Shown piece after piece: positions 1 to 6,955 of a stretch of 32,000 nt of DNA. The first letter of the stretch is position 1, and each line of letters opens with the position of its first letter. Source of the stretch: Alkalilimnicola ehrlichii MLHE-1. Its GTDB lineage: Bacteria; Pseudomonadota; Gammaproteobacteria; Nitrococcales; Halorhodospiraceae. The stretch spans positions 720,001 through 752,000 of the forward strand of contig NC_008340.1 of NCBI RefSeq assembly GCF_000014785.1, read 5' to 3'. Below the pieces are notes generated by a model. That model worked only from the letters and a program-made list of their open reading frames with translations. It did no database searches and had not been told where the DNA came from. Made by a program: the position numbers and the translations under genes.

Positions 1-223
1 AGCCGGAATCGAACAGGATGACGGCCAGCGCCAGGCTGCCGACGAGGTAGGCCAGATCGGCATCGTTGAAGACGAACCCCAGCCCGTCCTCTCCGGCGAT
101 CAGGCCGATGCAGAGGAAAACCAGCAGCAGGGGCGCGCCGAAGCGAAAGGCGATCACCGAGGTGAACACCGAGAGGGCGATCAGGCCGGCCCCGATCAGG
201 ATGAGCGGATAGATCCAGTCCAT
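1..223 (-). CDS. Cation/H+ antiporter (CvrA/NhaP2-like), N-terminal fragment running off the window
   Basis: Reverse strand from ATG at 223 reads MDWIYPLILIGAGLIALSVFTSVIAFRFGAPLLLVFLCIGLIAGEDGLGFVFNDADLAYLVGSLALAVILFDSG, open to the window edge. This resembles the N-terminus of CPA1-type K+(Na+)/H+ antiporters. It is absent from the ORF track because it has no stop in the window. Confidence 0.65.
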   Translation of the reverse strand, partial: MDWIYPLILIGAGLIALSVFTSVIAFRFGAPLLLVFLCIGLIAGEDGLGFVFNDADLAYLVGSLALAVILFDSG

Positions 224-352
224 GCTGCTAGCCTACTTGGAAAGCCCTCGCTGGTGGACCTCAGCGTGGGTCTTGGGGCATGGCCCGAAGCTCGATCGGG
301 CCAGTGAAATTCCATGGTATGCTCCCCGGTATTACGACGGAAGGAGAGGGCT

Positions 353-703
353 GTGACGGCGAAACTCCTGGTGGCGGTCATCGCCGATGAACTGGAAGAG
401 CGGGCTGTGCGGATCGCGAGGGAAGAGGGGGCCCGCGGGGTCACGATACTCTCCGGTCGCGGTATCGGTTTTCCCGAACGCATCACCTTCTTCGGCCTCA
501 CCTACCGGGGCCTTACCAAGATCCTCCTTTGGGTGCTGCCCGACGCGGCCGCGGAACTCATCTCCGAGCGCCTCAACCGCGAACTCGACCTGATCAAGCC
601 CGACCAGGGCCTGGCCTTCGTCCTGCCGGTGAGCGAGACCGGGGGGATCGACGTGGAGGCCATCCGCCGGGAGATCATTGCCGGCACCCGGGCCGACGAT
701 TGA
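353..703 (+). CDS. PII-like family protein, probable GTG start at 353 within the 314..703 ORF
   Basis: Protein VTAKLLVAVIADELEERAVRIAREEGARGVTILSGRGIGFPERITFFGLTYRG... is co-linear with the second PII-like protein at 2261..2608. A GGAGAGG-like RBS precedes the GTG. Confidence 0.7.
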   Translation: MTAKLLVAVIADELEERAVRIAREEGARGVTILSGRGIGFPERITFFGLTYRGLTKILLWVLPDAAAELISERLNRELDLIKPDQGLAFVLPVSETGGIDVEAIRREIIAGTRADD

Positions 704-752
704 CCGTCGACCTTTCCGCTCATCCCACGCGAGCTAAGAAGACAACGAATCA

Positions 753-2264
753 GTGAATCAGCTCAAGGAATTTTACGGGATACTCAAGCACGCCTTCCGC
801 AACCTGCTGCCGATCATTGCGGTGGTGGCCTTCTTCCAGTTCGTGGTGATGCAGGAAGTGCCCGAGGGCATGATGTCCATGGTGCTGGGCCTGGGCATCG
901 TGGTGCTGGGTGTGGCGCTGTTCCTGCAGGGGCTGGAACTGGGCATCTTTCCCATCGGCAAGAACATCTCCAACGAGTTCGCCAAACGGGGCTCGCTGCC
1001 CCTGCTGATGGTCTTCGGCTTCTGCCTGGGGTTCGCGGCGGTGATCGCCGAACCGGCCCTGATCGCGGTGGCGGATCAGGCGGAGGTGATCAGCGAGGGG
1101 CGGGTGAATGCCTTCACCCTGCGGTTGCTGGTGGCCGGTTCCGTGGGCGCGGTGGTGGCCCTGGGCGTGGTGCGCATCATCCTGGGGCACAGCCTGCACT
1201 GGTACATGATCATCGGCTATATCATCGTGGTTGCCGTCACCTTCTTCTCGCCCGAGGAGATCGTGGGCCTGGCCTACGACTCCGGCGGGGTGACCACCAA
1301 CATCGTCACGGTGCCGCTGATCGCCGCCCTCGGTATCGGGCTGGCGGTCTCCCTGCGCGGGCGCAACGCCCTCACCCACGGCTTTGGCCTGGTGGCGCTG
1401 GCGGTGATGGTGCCCATGATCACCGTGCAGCTCTACGGCATCATGGTCTACACCTTCGGCGAGACGGGCGATGTGGCCGCCAATGGGCTGCAGATGGAGG
1501 CCGAGACCGAGGGGGTGGCCGATCCGGTGGCCGGCAGCGTGCTGCTGGGCATGCTCACGGATCTGGGGCTGATGGTGCGGGACGTGTTGCCTATCATCGG
1601 GGTCATCCTGATCTTCCAGTACCTGGTCATCCGCAAGCGCATCGCCCACCTGCACAAGGTCGTCGCCGGCTTCGTGCTGGTCATCGTCGGGCTGTACGCC
1701 TTCGTGGTGGGGCTGAAACTGGGGCTGTTCCCCATCGGCGAGCGCATGGCCGAGCAGCTCATCGCCCTGGAGGGCTTCTTCTGGCTCTACCTCTTCGCCT
1801 TCACCATCGGGTTTGCCACCACCATGGCCGAGCCGGCGCTGATCGCCATCGGCGACAAGGCGGAGGAGGCGGCCAAGGGCAAGCTCAAGGGCAACGTGAT
1901 CCGGCTGCTGGTGGCGGCCGGGGTGGCCATTGGTATCACTATCGGGGTGCACCGGATCATCACCGGCGACTCCATCCACTACTACATCATGGCCGGTTAT
2001 ACCCTGGTGATTCTGCTCACCTGGTTGTCGCCCAAGTACATCGTGGCGCTGGCCTTCGATCTGGGCGGGGTGACCACCTCCGAGGTCACCGTGCCGCTGG
2101 TCACCGCCCTGGGTATCGGGCTGGCCACCCACATCGAGGGGCGCAGTGTCATCATCGACGGCTTCGGGCTGATTGCATTCGCGTCGATCTTCCCCATCAT
2201 CACGGTAATGCTCTACGCCATCGCCGTGGAGCGCATCGCCAAGGCGAGAGGAGTGCAGACATGA
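753..2264 (+). CDS. DUF1538 family integral membrane protein with two homologous halves
   Basis: 503 aa, strongly hydrophobic. The motifs AEPALIA(V/I).D and GGVTT..VTVPL..ALGIGLA each occur once in each half. Confidence 0.85.
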   Translation: MNQLKEFYGILKHAFRNLLPIIAVVAFFQFVVMQEVPEGMMSMVLGLGIVVLGVALFLQGLELGIFPIGKNISNEFAKRGSLPLLMVFGFCLGFAAVIAEPALIAVADQAEVISEGRVNAFTLRLLVAGSVGAVVALGVVRIILGHSLHWYMIIGYIIVVAVTFFSPEEIVGLAYDSGGVTTNIVTVPLIAALGIGLAVSLRGRNALTHGFGLVALAVMVPMITVQLYGIMVYTFGETGDVAANGLQMEAETEGVADPVAGSVLLGMLTDLGLMVRDVLPIIGVILIFQYLVIRKRIAHLHKVVAGFVLVIVGLYAFVVGLKLGLFPIGERMAEQLIALEGFFWLYLFAFTIGFATTMAEPALIAIGDKAEEAAKGKLKGNVIRLLVAAGVAIGITIGVHRIITGDSIHYYIMAGYTLVILLTWLSPKYIVALAFDLGGVTTSEVTVPLVTALGIGLATHIEGRSVIIDGFGLIAFASIFPIITVMLYAIAVERIAKARGVQT

Positions 2265-2608
2265 AGTTCGCAGTGCTAGTGGCCATCCTGGCCGAGGACC
2301 TGGAAGAGCAGGCCATCGACTCGGCCAAGCAGGCCGGGGCGGGTGGCGTCACCATCCTGGACGGGCGGGGTATCGGCACCAAGGAGAAGAAGACCTTCTT
2401 CGGGCTGACCTATGAGGGCAGTCAGTCGGTGCTGGTCTTCGTGCTGGAGAAGAAGCTGTCGGTGAAGGTGCTCAAGCAACTGACCAAGGATTTGGACCTG
2501 AACTCGCACAGCAAGGGGGTGGTGTTTACCATACCGCTGGAGCATATCGCCGGCATCGATACGGCGCAGGTCCAGAAGTTCGAATCGCAGATCAAGGACG
2601 AGCTTTAA
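2261..2608 (+). CDS. PII-like family protein (nitrogen regulatory protein P-II related)
   Basis: MKFAVLVAILAEDLEEQAIDSAKQAGAGGVTILDGRGIGTKEKKTFFGLTYEGSQSVLVFVLEKK. Its ATG overlaps the end of the DUF1538 gene by 4 bp. Confidence 0.75.
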   Translation: MKFAVLVAILAEDLEEQAIDSAKQAGAGGVTILDGRGIGTKEKKTFFGLTYEGSQSVLVFVLEKKLSVKVLKQLTKDLDLNSHSKGVVFTIPLEHIAGIDTAQVQKFESQIKDEL

Positions 2609-2635
2609 AACCCGCCAAGAGCGTCAGGAGCCGAC

Positions 2636-3025
2636 ATGCTGGTTAAAGACATCATGAGAGAGGATGTGGTCACTATCTCCCCGCTGGCCACCATCCGTGA
2701 GGCCATGAAGCGGATGAAGGACCACGGGGTGAAATCCCTGGTGGTGGAGAAGCAGGGGCCGCACGATGCCTACGGCATTATCACCTACACCACGATCCTG
2801 CGCACCATCGTGGCGGAAGAGGGCGATATCGACCTGATCAACGTCTACGACGTCTGCACCAAGCCGGTGATCTCGGTGAGTGGCGAGCTGGAGTGCAAGC
2901 ACGTGGCCCAGCTTATGGTGCGCCAGCAGTTCCGGCGGGTGGTGGTGCTTAAGGACAACGAACTGCGGGGCATTATCACCCGCAACGACATCGTGCGCCC
3001 CATCCTGGAGATTGCCGAGCAGTAG
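2636..3025 (+). CDS. CBS-domain pair protein
   Basis: MLVKDIMREDVVTISPLATIREAMKRMKDHGVKSLVVEK...GIITYTTILRTIV...VCTKPVISVSGELECKHVAQLMVRQQFRRVVVLKDNELRGIITRNDIVRPIL: two typical CBS motifs. Confidence 0.9.
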   Translation: MLVKDIMREDVVTISPLATIREAMKRMKDHGVKSLVVEKQGPHDAYGIITYTTILRTIVAEEGDIDLINVYDVCTKPVISVSGELECKHVAQLMVRQQFRRVVVLKDNELRGIITRNDIVRPILEIAEQ

Positions 3026-3055
3026 GCAGCGATCTCACGCGAGGAGAGTGTGTGT

Positions 3056-3658
3056 ATGGTCAGCGACAGAGCGCCGGCTGGGGGCGATTCTTGGCGCCGC
3101 CAGGGCTGGGACCAGCGCTACCGGCAGGCCGAGCCCGGCTCTGCCGCGGCCGTGCTGGCGGACAACCTGCACCTGCTGCCGCCCCGGGGGCGGGCGCTGG
3201 ATCTGGCCTGCGGGTTAGGCAGCAACGCCATGCTGCTGGCTGGCGCCGGGCTGGAGACCGAGGCCTGGGATTACTCGCCGGTGGCGCTGGAACGGCTGAT
3301 GGAGCGCGCCAGGCGCCAGGGGCTGGCTATCACCCCCCGCGAGCGCGACGTGGAGCAGCACCCGCCGCCGGCGGTGTCCTTTGACGTGATCGTGGTGGCC
3401 CACTTCCTCCACCGGCCCACCGCGCCCGATTTGTTCCGGGCCCTGCGCCCGGGTGGGGTGCTGTTCTACCAGACTTGGAGCCGGGCGCGGGTCTCCGACG
3501 CCGGCCCGTCCAACCCGGCATTCCGCCTGGCCGAGGGGGAGCTGCTGACCCTCTTCGCGGGCCTGCGGCCGCTGCTGTACCGCGAGGAGGGGGACCAGGG
3601 CGATACCACCCAAGGCCTCCGCGACGTCGCCTGCCTGGTGGCCCGCAAGCCTGCCTGA
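3056..3658 (+). CDS. Class I SAM-dependent methyltransferase (start 3050 or 3056)
   Basis: Motif I ALDLACGLGSNAMLLAGAGLETEAWDYSPVALERL, followed by VSFDVIVVAHFLHRPTAPDLFRALRPGGVLFYQT. Confidence 0.85.
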   Translation: MVSDRAPAGGDSWRRQGWDQRYRQAEPGSAAAVLADNLHLLPPRGRALDLACGLGSNAMLLAGAGLETEAWDYSPVALERLMERARRQGLAITPRERDVEQHPPPAVSFDVIVVAHFLHRPTAPDLFRALRPGGVLFYQTWSRARVSDAGPSNPAFRLAEGELLTLFAGLRPLLYREEGDQGDTTQGLRDVACLVARKPA

Positions 3659-3729
3659 GCCGGCCCGACTCCGACTGTCACGTGGCAAGGGCCACCCCCC
3701 GTTACTGCGAGCGGGGCCCCACCCCCACC

Positions 3730-4363
3730 GTCACTGCGAGGAGGCGAAGCCGACGTGGCAGTCCACCGCCCTGGATCGCCACGGGCCTTCGGCCCTCGCG
3801 ATGACGGTGGGGGTGCCTCCCCCGTCACTGCGAGGAGCGAAGCGACGTGGCAGTCCACCGCCCTGGATCGCCACGGGCCTTCGGCCCTCGCGATGACGGT
3901 GGGGGTGCCTCCCCCGTCACTGCGAGGAGCGAAGTGACGCGGCAGTCCACCGCCCTGGATCGCCACGGGCCTTCGGCCCTCGCGATGACGGTGGGGGGGC
4001 CTCCCCCGTCACTGCGAGGAGGCGAAGCCGACGTGGCAGTCTACCGCTCTGGATCGCCACGGGCCTTCGGCCCTCGCGATGACGGTGGGGGTGCCTCCCC
4101 CGTCACTGCGAGGAGGCGAAGCCGACGTGGCAGTCCACCGCCCTGGATCGCCACGGGCCTTCGGCCCTCGCGATGACGGTGGGGGTGCCTCCCCCGTCAC
4201 TGCGAGGAGCGAAGTGACGCGGCAGTCCACCGCCCTGGATCGCCACGGGCCTTCGGCCCTCGCGATGACGGTGGGGGGGCCTCCCCCGTCACTGCGAGGA
4301 GGCGAAGCCGACGTGGCAGTCTACCGCCCTGGATCGCCGCGGGCCTTCGGCCCTCGCGATGAC
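3730..4363. repeat. Tandem array of 7 copies of a 74/76-bp palindromic element separated by an 18-bp spacer (period 92/94 bp)
   Basis: GTCACTGCGAGG begins at 3730, 3824, 3916, 4008, 4102, 4196 and 4288. Each unit ends in CCTCGCGATGAC. All six internal spacers are GGTGGGGG(T/G)GCCTCCCCC. A partial end (CCTCGCGATGAC) recurs at about 4378..4389 and a degenerate start (GTTACTGCGAG) at about 3701. Confidence 0.95.
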
Positions 4364-4497
4364 GGGTGGGGCGCCCCCCTCGCGATGACGACCGAAAACC
4401 CGCGGCCCTCGCCATGGCAGCCCCGCTGTTCTTCCCTGATTCGGGCCCGCGCAGCGGGGCCGGCCATGCCCGGACCCGAGCTGTTCGTTTGCCTTCA

Positions 4498-5623
4498 CCT
4501 AGGCCTTGCTCAAAGCCTCTTTCAGCGCCTCCACCACCCGCACCTGGGTGGCCCGGTCGATGGCCGGCCACATGGGCAGGCTGATCACCTCGCGCGCGGC
4601 GCGCTCGGCCTCGGGCAGACTCACGGTGTAGCCCTTCTCCCGGTAAACCGGTTGGGTGTGCAGCGGCGCGGAGTAGTAACTGTTGGCGCCGACCCCCTGA
4701 TCGTTCATGTACTGGCGGATGGCGTCGCGCCGGTCCGAAGGCACCCGCAGGGTGTACTGGTGAAAGACGTGGTCACCGTGGGGCGCGACCACCGGCGGCG
4801 TTACCTCCGGAAGGGGCGCCAGCAGGTCGTCGTAACGGGCGGCCGCGGCCTGACGGCCGGCGTTCCAGTCGTCCAGGTGGGGCAGCTTGACCCGCAACAG
4901 GGCCGCCTGCAGGGCGTCCAGCCGGGAGTTGTAGCCGATGGCGGTGTGGTGATCGCGGCGGCTGGAGCCGTGCACCCGCAGCAGCCGGCAGCGCTCGGCC
5001 AGCGCCGCGTCGTTGGTGGTGATCATGCCCGCATCGCCGGCGGCACCCAGGTTCTTGGTGGGGTAGAAACTGTGGGCGGCAATGTCGCCCAGGCTGCCCA
5101 AGCGCCGCTCCCCCTGGCGCGCGCCGAAGGCCTGGGCCACATCTTCCAGTACCTTCAGCCCGTGTTTTTCTGCCAGGGCGTTGATGGCCGCCATGTCCGG
5201 CCCCTGACCGTACAGATGCACGGGGATGATGGCCCGGGTGCGCTCGGTGATCGCCGCCGCGATGGTCTCGGCGGTGATATTGAAGGTGGTGGGGTCGATC
5301 TCGGCAAAGACCGGTTTGGCCCCCACCAGGTCCACCGACTCGCTGCTGGCAAAGAAGGTGAAGGGCGAGGTGATCACCTCGTCGCCCGGCCCGATGCCCA
5401 GCGCCGCCAGGGCGATGATCAGCGCATCGGTGCCGCTGTTGCAGCCGATGGCGTGCTCGACGCCGAGGAACTCGGTCACCTCCGCTTCCAGCCCCTGCAC
5501 TTCCGGACCCAGTACGTAGCCGCCTGAGGCCAGCACGCGCAGGGCGGTCGCCTCGAGCTGCTCGCGAAGCTGGTCATACTGCGGGCGTGGGTTGTAGATG
5601 GGGATGAAGGGCTGGTCGGTCAT
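4498..5623 (-). CDS. DegT/DnrJ/EryC1/StrS family PLP-dependent aminotransferase
   Basis: 374 aa: HAIGCNSGTDALIIALAALGIGPGDEVITSPFTFFASSE, PLP-lysine region HSFYPTKNLGAAGDAG, NSRLDALQAALLRVKL. Confidence 0.9.
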
Positions 5624-5700
5624 CGTCGGCTCCGTAAGCGGGTCTGGCGGGAAGCTTAATGGAAAGCAGCGGAGCCACGCAAAAGCCCCGTGGTCGCGGG

Positions 5701-5747
5701 CGCGCCGCTGCGTTACGCGAAGCTGATTCGCACGGCGCAGCGGCGCG
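5701..5747. terminator. Nested hairpin between icd-like and aminotransferase genes (possible terminator or REP-like element)
   Basis: Perfect 12-bp inverted repeat CGCGCCGCTGCG/CGCAGCGGCGCG enclosing a second 5-bp inverted repeat GCGAA/TTCGC. No T-tract seen, so terminator function is only a possibility. Confidence 0.4.
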
Positions 5748-5767
5748 TTGGCCGGCGGGCTTTAAGG

Positions 5768-6775
5768 TCAGATGCGTTCGATCACCGCGTCGGTGAAGCC
5801 GGTAGTGGTACCGTGGCCGCCCAGGTCGGGGGTGACCCGGTCGCCGGCAAAGATGGCGTTGCGGATGGCGGTGCGCATTCGGCTCGCTGGCTCGTGCAGC
5901 TGCATATGATCAAGCATCAACGCGGCCGCAAGCATCATGGCCGTGGGGTTGGCGATGTTCTTGCCGGCGATGTCCGGAGCACTACCGTGCACGGCCTCGA
6001 ACAGCGCCTTGTCCTCACCAATGTTGGCCCCCGGTGCCATGCCCAGGCCGCCCACCAGCCCGGCGCAGAGGTCGGAGATGATGTCACCGAACAGGTTGGT
6101 GGTGACGATGACGTCGAACTGCTCTGGGTTCATGACCAGCTTCATGCAGCAGGCGTCCACGATCATCTCGTTCATCTCGATGTCGGGATAGTCCTCGGCC
6201 ACCTCGCGGGCACAATTCAAAAACAGCCCCGAGGTGGTCTTCAGGATGTTGGCCTTATGGACCACCGTGACCTGTTGGCGCCCCAGCCGCCGGGCCATGT
6301 CAAAGGCGAAGCGCACCAGGCGCAGGGATTCATCCCGGGTGATCACCGAGCGTGCCTCGGCGGTGTTGCCGTCCTCGCTTAGCGTCTGGCCGATGCCCGA
6401 GTACATACCCTCGGTGTTCTCGCGCACGGTGATGATGTCGATGTTCTCGTAGCGGGCGCGGGTGCCGGGGATGGTGATGACGGGGCGGACGTTGGCGAAG
6501 AGCTGGAATTCTTTGCGGAGGGTGACGTTGACCGAGGTGAAGCCCTCGCCCACCGGGGTGGTGATGGGGCCCTTCAGGACAATGCCGTTGCGTTCAATGG
6601 CATCCAGGGCCTCCTGTGGGATGAGCTCCCGGCCCTGTTCCAGCGCGGTCAGCCCCACGTCGGCGTATTCGTACTCCAGCCCGCAATTGAGTCGGTCCAG
6701 GACGCGTTGGGTGGCCTCTACAATGCTCGGCCCTATGCCGTCGCCGGGCAGAACGGTGATCTTACGGCTCGCCAT
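5768..6775 (-). CDS. Isocitrate dehydrogenase, NAD-type (isocitrate/isopropylmalate dehydrogenase family)
   Basis: 335 aa: ITVLPGDGIGPSIV, NLFGDIISDLCAGLVGGLGMAPGANIG, ALFEAVHGSAPDIAGKNIANPTAMMLAAALML. Confidence 0.85.
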   Translation of the reverse strand: MASRKITVLPGDGIGPSIVEATQRVLDRLNCGLEYEYADVGLTALEQGRELIPQEALDAIERNGIVLKGPITTPVGEGFTSVNVTLRKEFQLFANVRPVITIPGTRARYENIDIITVRENTEGMYSGIGQTLSEDGNTAEARSVITRDESLRLVRFAFDMARRLGRQQVTVVHKANILKTTSGLFLNCAREVAEDYPDIEMNEMIVDACCMKLVMNPEQFDVIVTTNLFGDIISDLCAGLVGGLGMAPGANIGEDKALFEAVHGSAPDIAGKNIANPTAMMLAAALMLDHMQLHEPASRMRTAIRNAIFAGDRVTPDLGGHGTTTGFTDAVIERI

Positions 6776-6955
6776 TCGGGTGCCTCCATGTCGGGTTGTA
6801 ATGTTTATAAGCAGGTTTCATGTGTGGCGTTGCGCCACGGGGGGGTGGAACCCGCTAAGCCTCTCTATTCTACACCCCGTGGGCCTTTTCAGCAGCCTCG
6901 TCCGTGCCGGTGGAGGGCGCGGGCAGGCGTCACGGGCCTCCTCTGCGCCGAGGGT

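Noticed and set aside
196-501. 101-aa minus-strand ORF between the antiporter and PII-like genes
   Set aside because: Ser/Arg-rich, overlaps the better-supported antiporter start and PII-like gene, no homologous motif.
750-2132. 460-aa minus-strand ORF opposite the DUF1538 gene
   Set aside because: The His/Gln/Gly/Asp-rich composition is typical of an antisense shadow of a GC-rich membrane protein gene, and the plus-strand protein is clearly the real one.
3730-4363. Regularly spaced repeats could be read as a CRISPR array
   Set aside because: The repeated unit is 74-76 bp, the 18-bp spacers are essentially identical rather than unique, and no cas genes are nearby.
3755-4498. ORFs overlapping the repeat array (e.g. 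3847..4176 +, 3466..3966 -, 4009..4230 -)
   Set aside because: Their sequences (SPRAFGPRDDGGGASPVTARSE...) are translations of the palindromic repeat. They have no RBS or recognisable domain.
6824-6838. GTGGCG-TTG-CGCCAC short hairpin
   Set aside because: A 6-bp stem without a U-tract is expected by chance in GC-rich DNA. Too weak to call.
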